Shown here piece by piece: positions 32,049 through 40,787 of a stretch of DNA of 64,000 bases. Each line of letters opens with the position of its first letter. The stretch's first letter is position 1. Both the position numbers and the translations under genes were made by a program. The stretch covers positions 192,001 to 256,000 of the forward strand of contig CAXXUO010000003.1 in NCBI GenBank assembly GCA_963666485.2, in the 5' to 3' direction. This DNA is from Syntrophorhabdaceae bacterium. GTDB lineage: Bacteria; Desulfobacterota; Syntrophorhabdia; Syntrophorhabdales; Syntrophorhabdaceae. Below the pieces are notes generated by a model. That model was not told where the DNA came from. It saw only the letters and a program-made list of their open reading frames with translations, and ran no database searches.

Positions 32049-32150
32049 GTGACGCGAAGCCGCGATAGAAAGAAACGCACAAGTGCATCGCGATGCCCGA
32101 CAAGGCGCTGACCGGTATTCTATTCTCATCGAACAAGATGTAAAATCAAT

Positions 32151-32168
32151 AGGCCCCCGAAGGGGCCT
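32151..32168. terminator. Hairpin terminator between convergent genes
   Basis: AGGCCCC-CGAA-GGGGCCT flanked by A/T-rich sequence. Confidence 0.6.
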
Positions 32169-32173
32169 TGAAT

Positions 32174-32563
32174 TTATTTACCAAATTGCTTTTTTGGATT
32201 TGGAAGTAGCTTCGGTAAATATTGCATAGCTTTATGATCTCTTTTTGAGAAATATTCACCTGCATGATATGGCAACCATTCAAGATGGAAATATCTTCGG
32301 AAATCGGCTAGCAGATAGTTCGGGTAAAGCCTTGCTTGCACGATCCTTCCGTCAGCAAATCTGTGCATATAGCTGGGAAGTGAATCGGTATCAACCTTTT
32401 TCACATCACGAAGCCATTTCGAGAACATACGGCCTGTAGAAATATCGGGCATCAAGTTTTCCGGAAGGGCATATCCCTCAGTCTCCAGTGGAGCAACCAA
32501 AGCGAAAGTAAGTTCGTTCAGCATTGAGAAATGCGTTGGAGGGATCTCCGACCGGTTGATCAT
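32174..32563 (-). pseudogene. C-terminal part of a KilA-N-type phage regulatory protein; the N-terminal DNA-binding domain is missing
   Basis: IPPTHFSMLNEL...LMPDISTGRMFSKWLR...YMHRFADGRIVQARLYP resembles the region usually fused downstream of KilA-N. Confidence 0.55.
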
Positions 32564-33247
32564 GAAGCCCCGTCTATCAACGCTTTACGCAAGGCTCAAA
32601 CTTCAAAACCAGTGTGCCGGTGACGAGTTGGCGGGTGGTGAATCAATAGATGCAAAACGAACCGGACCCAACCCTGAAAAAATAAGCAGCTTTCAAATCT
32701 GCTTTTGTGATCGGCATCCGAGCAAAAGTTAAAATTCCCCGTACCATAAGCAACGGGGGTCACATGAAGGGAACGGCCTAACATGGGATATTCCCTTCGC
32801 AGTAATTCCGCCAGCCGTCGATCGTCCCCAACGTGGTGTGAGAATACTCCTCGCCGCTTTCTTCCAAGAGTTTCGTCACAATGTCCAGTAACTCCGCCTT
32901 TTGAAGTTCGGTGCCCGGGATATCCTCCTGCCGCACTTTCCATATATCCGCAATGTCCTGAAGGGTTAGCCGCCTGACCGGTTCCGAATGATCGTATACC
33001 TTTGCTTCCGGGTGGAAAGAACGACAAAAACTCTACGCCTCTGATTGTTCGCGGAAAGGGATGGTCCGGACCCTGGTTCTCTTCCTCCCTGGAGTGTTTG
33101 GGTCCACCCCTTCAGGATGCATACCGCTCGGTCTGAAGCAAAGGCGCGGGCTGCCATGAAAGGGAAAAAGACCATTATCCAGGCATTGTCTTTTTCCTGT
33201 GAGGTCGTTTCACCGATACGATACAGCTTCAAGTCCGGGTCGCCAGG

Positions 33248-33427
33248 TTAGGTCTTACTGGTCTTATCAAAATCAATGGGAAACCCGGCAGTCGTCAAGG
33301 TAGTGATATACCTGTAGACCGTTCTCTTGCTTACCTCAAGTTCTTGGCCAAGGGAGTCAGCCGTCACTTTTTCCTTACTGTCGATCTTATTCAGGATGAT
33401 GATCAGCGAATCGAACTTATATGACAT
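33248..33427 (-). pseudogene. Truncated WYL-type (HTH_11) transcriptional regulator
   Basis: KVTADSLGQELEVSKRTVYRYITTLTTAGFPI forms the wHTH. It stops before the GY motif and has no WYL domain. Confidence 0.75.
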
Positions 33428-33473
33428 ATAATCCACCTCTTTTTTGTCAGCGGTCAGAATAAATCATGGCATA

Positions 33474-33491
33474 ATGACAGGAGTATGTCAT
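33474..33491. promoter_or_regulatory. Palindromic candidate operator of the WYL regulator
   Basis: ATGACA-GGAGTA-TGTCAT lies about 47 nt upstream of the regulator start. Confidence 0.5.
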
Positions 33492-33574
33492 CAAATTATC
33501 TGAAAAGGAATGGAAAAAAACCGATGGGATACAACCCATAAGGATCCGGACAGAGGTTGGAATCTGGCCGTGAA

Positions 33575-34063
33575 TCAATGAGTTAGAAATCTTGTTGTTT
33601 TTACATCCTCGATAATGTCTTCAACTTTTGTTGGACCCAACGTCGCGATCACATCGCGCAATACTTTTTCCATCAGTTTGTTGTCCCGCAGGAGGATTTC
33701 CCGGAAGGACTGATATTGTAGCCGGATTTTTTTCTGGTCAGGGAATTTTCGCCTATGTCTGTATAAAGCCATCCATACGTTATACCTTCCCGCATTTCTA
33801 AAATCCCTCTTTGTTGGTTCTTTGCCCAGCTCTTGCCGTAAGCGATCTTCAGCTGCCTCAGCCCTTTTATACCCGTCATGGCCTTTCCAGGATTCGTGTG
33901 TCCGGCGCTGTGACTGTCGACGACGAAGTTTCATACGTATTTTGTAACCATTTTGTAACCAATTGTCACCTTTCCGCTCGTGTTCCAAGCTGAGATTCAC
34001 TAATAAGCTGAATATAACTGTCGGATTACACTGGCTTTTACAAACGATGCTGATGTTTATCAC
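33575..34063 (-). CDS. Hypothetical basic protein (start uncertain)
   Basis: Open frame containing a helical motif LRQELGKEPTKRDF..AG; family uncertain. Confidence 0.35.
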   Translation of the reverse strand: MINISIVCKSQCNPTVIFSLLVNLSLEHERKGDNWLQNGYKIRMKLRRRQSQRRTHESWKGHDGYKRAEAAEDRLRQELGKEPTKRDFRNAGRYNVWMALYRHRRKFPDQKKIRLQYQSFREILLRDNKLMEKVLRDVIATLGPTKVEDIIEDVKTTRFLTH

Positions 34064-34332
34064 GTGTTTTATTCGAATTCTTCTTTATCTAAAAAAAACC
34101 ATAAGAGGTATGTCATGAAAGTATCGTGTGAACGGTTACCCGATAAGACCTCGGACCCCGTCCCAAAAAACTGGACACCACAAAAAGTTGGTCTCTAGGA
34201 GCGAGGTCCGTCCGAAGTCAAACGGTCCATGGCCTCCGTATGGTGCTGCTATCCTAGGTTTTTAACAAAAAATCCTGTAACAGATATTTATATATGCATG
34301 AAGCTATTAAAAACAAACAAGGGGTGATTTTA

Positions 34333-34683
34333 ATGAACAGATACAAAAGTAAAGAGAAAGAAGAGACTTGTTCCCGGGATATAAAGGAGCGGGAAGCCTA
34401 TATTGAAGGGACTGATGGCCTACTGAAGGACTTTTTCAAGGACATCAAAAAGCGTCAAGAAGAGGCACGGAACTCAAAGATCCGCATGCCAAACTTTATC
34501 AAAAATGTGAGTGATCTTGAAAAGATGATCAAGCTTCACCTATTTCTTCTCGGCGAGTCGACTGACGAGGACGCGCACGTTACAAGGGGTAGAGATGAAG
34601 AATTGGAAAAAGCTATCGAAAACGATCCTGAAGTAAGAGAACTATTCGCTGAACTATACAGGAGAACCCATAAAAGACATTGA
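34333..34683 (+). CDS. Hypothetical phage-like protein
   Basis: GGGGTGA RBS. IKNVSDLEKMIKLHLFLLGEST resembles C-terminal segments of terminase-small-subunit-like proteins. Confidence 0.5.
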   Translation: MNRYKSKEKEETCSRDIKEREAYIEGTDGLLKDFFKDIKKRQEEARNSKIRMPNFIKNVSDLEKMIKLHLFLLGESTDEDAHVTRGRDEELEKAIENDPEVRELFAELYRRTHKRH

Positions 34684-34816
34684 ATAAGGCACTGCACCGA
34701 CAAATAATTGCACGGCCCGTTGGAGACATCGATTTTTAATCCCCAAAATCGTGGTCGACCTATTTATGTATAATAGGTGCCCAAGAGTGTGGGCGAAAAA
34801 TATTAAGGAGGTTTAT

Positions 34817-35062
34817 ATGAGTATAGCGAAGCGAAATGACCCGTTTCCATTCGTGCTGTTCAGTGAAGAAGAGCGGATGGAAGCGGGGTTTGCGAAGGCC
34901 GGTATCCGGGGGCATAGCGAAGGAGAGTTCCCCGGCTTCCTGCAGAAAGCTTTTTCGCCCGAACAGAGCCTAGCGGCCGAAAAGAACGAGTACCCCATGC
35001 GAAGTATAAAGATTGACGCCCTGGCTGTGTGGGCTATAGACACCCGAAGTAAAAGGAGGTAA
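34817..35062 (+). CDS. Hypothetical protein
   Basis: Strong TAAGGAGG RBS; ends 3 nt before the next gene. Confidence 0.45.
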   Translation: MSIAKRNDPFPFVLFSEEERMEAGFAKAGIRGHSEGEFPGFLQKAFSPEQSLAAEKNEYPMRSIKIDALAVWAIDTRSKRR

Positions 35063-35065
35063 AAG

Positions 35066-35719
35066 ATGAACGAAATATACGAAAGATTGTCGCATGAAAC
35101 ATCCAAGGCTTATCACCACTTTGCCGCCTACCGCGACATGGGGTCTACGAGAAGTCTACAAAAGGTAGCCAAAAGATACAAGATGAGCCGCGCCCCACTC
35201 GGCCGCCTCAGCAAGAAATACAACTGGGTCGAACGGGCAAAAGCATACGATCTGCATATGGAACGGGTAAAAATGGAGGCCCGGGAGATTGTGGAGTTAG
35301 AGAGGGAGCGAAGACACATTGAGCACGTGGAATTGTACGAGAAGGTAGGGAAGGAGGCGCTTCTTTATTTGATGAAATTGTTGAAAGGGCCATATACCAA
35401 TCCTGATGGCAAAAAGATGATTGTCGATTTGCTGGTAAAATACCCGACGGCGTACACGGAAATGATAGAAGTAGGGCGCAGCACACAAATATTGGAAAAG
35501 GAGAGGGCCGAATCCTTAATAAGGCAGGACGATGACCGGGATGTCCAACAAGACCGAAAGATTTCAGCACCGGTTGAACAAACGGATGTAGAACCCGTTG
35601 AGGAAAAGGCATCGGCACCACAAAATGTTCTTTCACTGACTGGTGTTGAGCGAAACGGAGAAAGGAAGGAGGAAGCGAAGGAGACCTCCCGGAATAATAG
35701 GAGGCTTCTAAGAAGGTAG
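35066..35719 (+). CDS. Phage protein resembling a terminase small subunit
   Basis: AGGAGG RBS. N-terminal pattern ETSKAYHHFAAYRDMGSTRSLQKVA...SKKYNWVERAKAYD. Confidence 0.6.
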   Translation: MNEIYERLSHETSKAYHHFAAYRDMGSTRSLQKVAKRYKMSRAPLGRLSKKYNWVERAKAYDLHMERVKMEAREIVELERERRHIEHVELYEKVGKEALLYLMKLLKGPYTNPDGKKMIVDLLVKYPTAYTEMIEVGRSTQILEKERAESLIRQDDDRDVQQDRKISAPVEQTDVEPVEEKASAPQNVLSLTGVERNGERKEEAKETSRNNRRLLRR

Positions 35720-35749
35720 CCGGATTCCCGAGGCAATGGGGATAAGGTC

Positions 35750-35944
35750 TCAAAGGTCCGACCGGCAAGCCCTTCGTGCTGTTTCACGGCTGATTTTCAG
35801 GACTTTCGCTACCGCATTGTAAGACATGCCTAAGGCGTGCAATTGGTTTGCCTTGGAGGCCAATGTTCTGTATAATACTTGTTGTTGATTTACCCGGATG
35901 ATTATACGAGCGGGCATCTCGGATGCGGTTCGAATTGGTAACAT
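35750..35944 (-). CDS. Small HTH protein of mobile-element type
   Basis: HTH pattern LHALGMSYNAVAKVLKISRETARRA. Confidence 0.45.
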   Translation of the reverse strand: MLPIRTASEMPARIIIRVNQQQVLYRTLASKANQLHALGMSYNAVAKVLKISRETARRACRSDL

Positions 35945-35987
35945 CCGGGTCCGCCATATATTTCAAATAATAGCAATTGAGGTAGTG

Positions 35988-36332
35988 ATGGAAGAAGATC
36001 ATCGGCCGTGGGGTTATTATACCGTGCTGGCGGATGAGGATGATCACAGGGTCAAAAGGATCGTTGTGAAGCCCGGGCAGAGATTGAGCCTTCAGCGGCA
36101 TCAGCATCGTGCGGAGCATTGGTATATCGTTCGGGGACAGGCCTTAGTACGAAGAAACGACGAGGAATTTTCGCTTGAGGCAGGCGACAGCGTTGATATA
36201 CCCCGCCACTCCTGGCATAGGATCGCCAACCCCGGTACGGAGAACATGGTCTTTATCGAGGTTCAAAAGGGTGACTATTTCGGAGAGGATGATATCGAGA
36301 GGTCCGAGGATGATTACGGGCGGACGCAGTGA
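35988..36332 (+). CDS. Cupin protein resembling the type II mannose-6-phosphate isomerase C-terminal domain
   Basis: Motifs RPWG, LSLQRHQHRAEHW and IEVQKGDYFGEDDIER..DDYGR; GAGG RBS. Confidence 0.9.
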   Translation: MEEDHRPWGYYTVLADEDDHRVKRIVVKPGQRLSLQRHQHRAEHWYIVRGQALVRRNDEEFSLEAGDSVDIPRHSWHRIANPGTENMVFIEVQKGDYFGEDDIERSEDDYGRTQ

Positions 36333-36451
36333 CCGGAGCATAGAGGACATCGGACAAGATCAGGAATGAGGAAGTTGGAGGGGGATCGCCTGAAGGATCA
36401 TCGGCCGGGAGACGCAGCAGCAAGGGAAGTTGTTTGACCGCACTTTAGAAA

Positions 36452-36838
36452 CTAAACCAATTTTAATGCCTTGAGGATCTCTTCTTTATCTTCCGGGGAT
36501 TGGGGCGGGAAACCCAGTGATTCCAGTTCCCTATCCAGGTAATCCGTAAATTGCAGGATCATGAAATTGGCCGCACTCCTCAACAGAGGTGAAAAGTGTA
36601 AGGCCAAAAGGTAGCTTAAGCCATTCACCGTTTTGCAGCACGCCTCCACCTGCTCCCTCGATCCTTCCGGGACGGCCCGATATCCCGTTTCTTCCAAAAA
36701 AATGCTCCTGTTCACGGCGTGTTCTTCCGCGCCAGGTTGCAACGCCAGGTTCCTCGGATACGCCAGCGCTATCCGGTCGGTAATTTTCCGGGCTTCCCGC
36801 TTGTATTTCCCGTGGGTAAGAAAGTCGAGTGATCCCAT
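36452..36838 (-). CDS. Hypothetical protein
   Basis: 128-aa ORF with an AGGGG RBS; no family recognised. Confidence 0.55.
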   Translation of the reverse strand: MGSLDFLTHGKYKREARKITDRIALAYPRNLALQPGAEEHAVNRSIFLEETGYRAVPEGSREQVEACCKTVNGLSYLLALHFSPLLRSAANFMILQFTDYLDRELESLGFPPQSPEDKEEILKALKLV

Positions 36839-37034
36839 AAACGGTCCCCTGTCGGCCTGGCGGTAATTTTACGATATCAAAGGAAATTAATATGATAAAT
36901 CAAGCGGTTTGTCAAAGACTAAAGAAGCTGTCTTCAATTGCCGAAAAAGGATGCGTTTTTGACGGGTTATTGACAATGGTTTTACCGGTACGTACGTTAG
37001 TTTGTAGCAAAGCTGAATAAATAGGGAGGGTATC

Positions 37035-37202
37035 ATGGCTGAGAAGAAGGAAGCAGGAAAACAGGTCAAGAAAGCAAAGAAGAAGGGCGACCGTTACCAA
37101 TGCGGCGTGTGCGGTCTCGCCGTGACGATCGACGAAATATGCAATTGCGTCGATGCATGCGATATCATCTGCTGCGGCAAAGAGATGGAAGCAAAAGGAT
37201 AG
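37035..37202 (+). CDS. Desulforedoxin-like Cys-rich microprotein (55 aa)
   Basis: Manual translation MAEKKEAGKQVKKAKKKGDRYQCGVCGLAVTIDEICNCVDACDIICCGKEMEAKG; GGGAGG RBS; YxCxxCG...CCGxxM pattern. Confidence 0.8.
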   Translation: MAEKKEAGKQVKKAKKKGDRYQCGVCGLAVTIDEICNCVDACDIICCGKEMEAKG

Positions 37203-37403
37203 ACGGAACAGGCGCTCATCTTCTCATAATCCAGCGCTCCACAAAATATTGGCACTTCCTGCGCGGATTCGGCCGGGCAAAGCTGTATCTTCGGTTCACC
37301 CCATATCCACACATAAAACAGCTTAATTGTTTGAACCAAATCGTACCTCAACGTATAATAACCAGAACATACACACATCAGAGAGGACACGGGACATTTG
37401 ACG

Positions 37404-37838
37404 ATGAAGCTTCCTGCATTACTGGTAATGATCTGTTTCATCTGTATACCCTTTCCTGCCATGTCATTAGAATGGGTGATGTATGGCAGGCCGGACGGCG
37501 GGTTGCTCGATGCGTATTATGACAGGGCGAATGTCGTGCCGATCGGCGGCAGGATGTTCCGGGTGACCGTAAAGTATGAGTACACCGAGGCAGGGAAAAA
37601 AGAGGTGACCAATTCACGAAAGAGATCGGAGCTGCCAACCGGGGGGTATGAGAGATTGAGCCACTCGATCGTTCAGTACGAACTTGATTGCCAGGGGTCG
37701 CAGCAGGCTATCTTCTCGGTGAGCGAGATGGACTCAGACGGTAAGGAGCTCGATCATTACAACCCGCCAAAGCGCGAATGGACCCGTGTCAAACGGGGCG
37801 GGATAGGCGACGCGCTTTTGAAAAAGGTCTGTAGATAG
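37404..37838 (+). CDS. Exported protein, surface-adhesin E-like
   Basis: Signal peptide, EW and YYD motifs, YELDC and a C-terminal VC. Confidence 0.6.
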   Translation: MKLPALLVMICFICIPFPAMSLEWVMYGRPDGGLLDAYYDRANVVPIGGRMFRVTVKYEYTEAGKKEVTNSRKRSELPTGGYERLSHSIVQYELDCQGSQQAIFSVSEMDSDGKELDHYNPPKREWTRVKRGGIGDALLKKVCR

Positions 37839-37864
37839 AAAACCCATCCTCCAATTTTACGTAC

Positions 37865-37880
37865 ATTACAAAATTGTAAT
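37865..37880. promoter_or_regulatory. CusR/CopR-box-like palindrome
   Basis: Perfect inverted repeat ATTACAA-AA-TTGTAAT, 45 nt upstream of the response regulator. Confidence 0.6.
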
Positions 37881-37925
37881 CGAGATATTATTTCCATTAC
37901 CGGCAAATGTTGATATCATTCGTGT

Positions 37926-38600
37926 ATGAAAATACTCCTCGTAGAAGACGACCCGAAGATCTTATCGTTCGTATCGAAGGGATTGCAGGAGCAAGGGTTC
38001 GTGGTCGACTCCTGCGACAATGGCGATGAAGGGTATGATCTTGCGCTGGGGCAGGCCTACGATCTGATGATCCTGGATATTATGCTTCCCGGGCGCGACG
38101 GTTTAAGCATCCTGCGGGAATTGCGGGACAAGAAGATCACGGTACCTGTAATCCTTCTGACGGCACGGTCCGCGATCCATGAGCGTGTGGAAGGTCTCAA
38201 CCTTGGGGCTGACGACTACCTTTCGAAACCCTTCTTCATGGAGGAACTCTTCGCGAGGATACACGCCGTGGTGAGGCGCTCGACCGGCCAGGGTTTAAGC
38301 GTCGTAGAAGCCGGCGGCCTCAAGGTCAACCTGATTACCCGTGACGTCAGGCTGGGGGAAATGATCCTCGACCTCACGGCCCGCGAATTCAGCCTCCTTG
38401 AACTGTTGATGCGGTCCCCCGGCCGCGTTTTCACACGAACTCAGATCCTCGAACATGTCTGGGGCTATGATTTTGATCCTCAGACCAACGTTGTCGATGT
38501 GTACATCCGCCGTCTGAGAAGCAAGGTGGAGACGGGCCCCGAACATCCTGTCATCGAGACGGTCAGGGGGGTCGGCTACCGCATGCTCGAACGGGCTTGA
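37926..38600 (+). CDS. OmpR-family (CusR/CzcR-like) response regulator
   Basis: Motifs ILLVEDD, LDIMLP, GADDYLSKPF, NVVDVYIRRLRSK and ETVRGVGY. Confidence 0.95.
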   Translation: MKILLVEDDPKILSFVSKGLQEQGFVVDSCDNGDEGYDLALGQAYDLMILDIMLPGRDGLSILRELRDKKITVPVILLTARSAIHERVEGLNLGADDYLSKPFFMEELFARIHAVVRRSTGQGLSVVEAGGLKVNLITRDVRLGEMILDLTAREFSLLELLMRSPGRVFTRTQILEHVWGYDFDPQTNVVDVYIRRLRSKVETGPEHPVIETVRGVGYRMLERA

Positions 38601-40267
38601 GGGGTAACCCGCCTTTGTTCCGTATCAAGATAGCTCTTCTTTCCTTTGTTATCTCCGGCCTCGTTATCACGGGGCTCGGTTTTTATTCCCTCACCGTCAT
38701 GAACAGGGTGAGCCTGTCCCGCATCGACCGGGAGATACTGGCCCTCGGGGAAGGCCATCTCGCGGTTCGTCCCCCCCAGGATTACTGGCGCAATTTCGAG
38801 TCCTCCCTGCAGTTCATTTACGGTGAAAGATCGGAAAACCTCATTGTCGAGGTAAAAGATGAATGGGGAAGCGTGCTTTTCAGGTCTGCGCGCTGGCCGG
38901 GTGAGATCACGGAGGGGTCCTTTCCCGGGTTCGACCGCACTATGGATGCGAGCCCGCCGAAACCGTCGGAGACCGATCGCCGTGGACCGCCGCCCGAAGC
39001 ATACAGGGCATGCGAGGGAAAGAAAGTCGGCGAGGCGGCACAGTTCACCGATGCCCGGGGGGTGCTCTTGAGAGGCACATGCGAAACGGACAACGGGAAA
39101 ATGGTCCTGCGCCCCCATGCCAACAGGGATGGCGGAAACGGGCCGGTACAGGGAAACGCGCAGGCCAAGGATCCTGGCCCATCTTCGGGACCTGAGGCGA
39201 AACGGCCCGTCCCCCGTTTTAAGAAAGACCCCGTTTTCGCAACTTTGAGGACATCGACCGGCGTGTGGCGCGCCGGCATTATGGGTAGCGACCGCGTCAC
39301 CATAACGGCGGGTATGAACATGGCGGACCACTACAGGGACGTGGAGCGATATCGAAGGGCATTCCTGGCAATCGTTCCGGCTGCACTGTTCCTGATCGCG
39401 GCAGGGGGGTGGCTGATCGCCTGGCGCGCCTTGAGACCTGTATCTGTCATTACCCGGACGGCCGAGATGATATCGGTCCGTGCCCTGGAGCAGCGGGTTC
39501 CATCCGTTAGCGCCGACAGCGAATTATCGCGTCTCGTCGTCGTGATCAACAACATGCTTGACCGCCTGGAAAAGAGTTTCGGCCAGGCAGTTCGGTTCAG
39601 CGCCGACGCGGCCCATGAGCTTCAGACCCCGCTCAGCGTTCTTCTCGGGGAACTGGATGATGCTGTCCAGCATGCTCCTCTTGGGTCCGTGGAACAACGG
39701 CGCTATTCGAGCCTTCTCGAAGAGGTCCAGAGGCTGAGATCGATCGTTCAGAAACTTCTGGTGCTGGCAAGGGCTGACGCGGGCAGGCTTGAACTTAACG
39801 TCGAGAATGTTGATCTCAGCGCCCTGGCTGAGTCCGCCGCAGAAGACGCGGCCGTAATGGCACCGCATCTGCGTGTGGAAAAAGATATCGTTCCCGGCGT
39901 CATTGTGAAAGCGGACCCGGACCTCGCAGGACAGGCCATGCAAAACCTTGTGTCGAATGCAGTGAAATATAACCGGGAAGGCGGATTCATAAGACTCCGG
40001 GTATTTCCTGACCGCGACCGGGCGCGTTTCACCATCGTCAATTCAGGGGTGCCCGTTCCTGAAGATGACGCCGAAATGATATTCGACCGTTTTTACAGGA
40101 TGGACCGGTCGCGCAGCAGATCGGTCCCGGGATCGGGCCTCGGCTTGAGCCTCGCCCGGGAGATCGCTCGCGCGCACGGCGGCGAGGTATGTCTCGACCC
40201 GCCTTCGGAAGGGACGGTCTCCTTCTCCCTTTCGCTGCCGCTGAGTTCCATCCCTGGTGACGCATAG
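38597..40267 (+). CDS. Membrane sensor histidine kinase (CusS-like) with an unusual periplasmic two-Cys module
   Basis: Two TM helices, HAMP, H-box FSADAAHELQTP, NLVSNAVKYN and GSGLGL. Confidence 0.92.
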   Translation: MRGNPPLFRIKIALLSFVISGLVITGLGFYSLTVMNRVSLSRIDREILALGEGHLAVRPPQDYWRNFESSLQFIYGERSENLIVEVKDEWGSVLFRSARWPGEITEGSFPGFDRTMDASPPKPSETDRRGPPPEAYRACEGKKVGEAAQFTDARGVLLRGTCETDNGKMVLRPHANRDGGNGPVQGNAQAKDPGPSSGPEAKRPVPRFKKDPVFATLRTSTGVWRAGIMGSDRVTITAGMNMADHYRDVERYRRAFLAIVPAALFLIAAGGWLIAWRALRPVSVITRTAEMISVRALEQRVPSVSADSELSRLVVVINNMLDRLEKSFGQAVRFSADAAHELQTPLSVLLGELDDAVQHAPLGSVEQRRYSSLLEEVQRLRSIVQKLLVLARADAGRLELNVENVDLSALAESAAEDAAVMAPHLRVEKDIVPGVIVKADPDLAGQAMQNLVSNAVKYNREGGFIRLRVFPDRDRARFTIVNSGVPVPEDDAEMIFDRFYRMDRSRSRSVPGSGLGLSLAREIARAHGGEVCLDPPSEGTVSFSLSLPLSSIPGDA

Positions 40268-40268
40268 G

Positions 40269-40284
40269 ATTACAATATTTTCAT
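40269..40284. promoter_or_regulatory. Second CusR-box-like site
   Basis: ATTACAA-TA-TTTTCAT has the same left half-site as 37865 and lies upstream of the lipoprotein gene. Confidence 0.45.
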
Positions 40285-40391
40285 TTTCCCAAACCGGTTA
40301 TTTTCATGTTTGCGCGGTATCCTCGTTTCATACCATGGGACTTTAAAGCCGCTGGTCCTTCGGTAAGAAAAAAACTCAGGAGGATAGAAAG

Positions 40392-40787
40392 ATGAAAATT
40401 GCCGCCGTGTTTTTATGTTTCATACTTCTCGCTATAGGTAGCGCCTGCAGGGACGAGACCATGACAAGCGCAGTCGGAGAGAAACCGGGAGCCGGGCAGT
40501 CGAATGAAGGCCCGTCCCATCCGGAAGATGGCGCCCGTCAGCGTCCGCCGGAAGGTGCGTACAAAGCCTGTGAAGGGAAGGCTGCAGCGAGCGAGGCGTC
40601 GTTCACCGACCCCCGCGGCGAGGTGCTCACAGGAACATGCGAAGAGGACAATGGGAAAATGGTGCTGAGGCCCTACCGCAACAAGCAGGAGCGGCGGGGT
40701 AGACAAGGCCGCGAGGAACCGCATGACAGGCCGGACGTTCCACAGGGTGACCTTCCCGACCGGACCCATATGAATGAGGAGGCGTGA
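40392..40787 (+). CDS. Putative lipoprotein with a PPxxAYxAC-x22-C module
   Basis: AGGAGG RBS, lipobox-like IGSAC, and a module closely similar to that in the sensor kinase. Confidence 0.75.
   Translation: MKIAAVFLCFILLAIGSACRDETMTSAVGEKPGAGQSNEGPSHPEDGARQRPPEGAYKACEGKAAASEASFTDPRGEVLTGTCEEDNGKMVLRPYRNKQERRGRQGREEPHDRPDVPQGDLPDRTHMNEEA

Noticed and set aside
34195..34257. Possible structured ncRNA closed by CTAGGA/TCCTAG
   Set aside because: Only short stems, with no recognisable riboswitch or Rfam-like motif. A covariance search would be needed.
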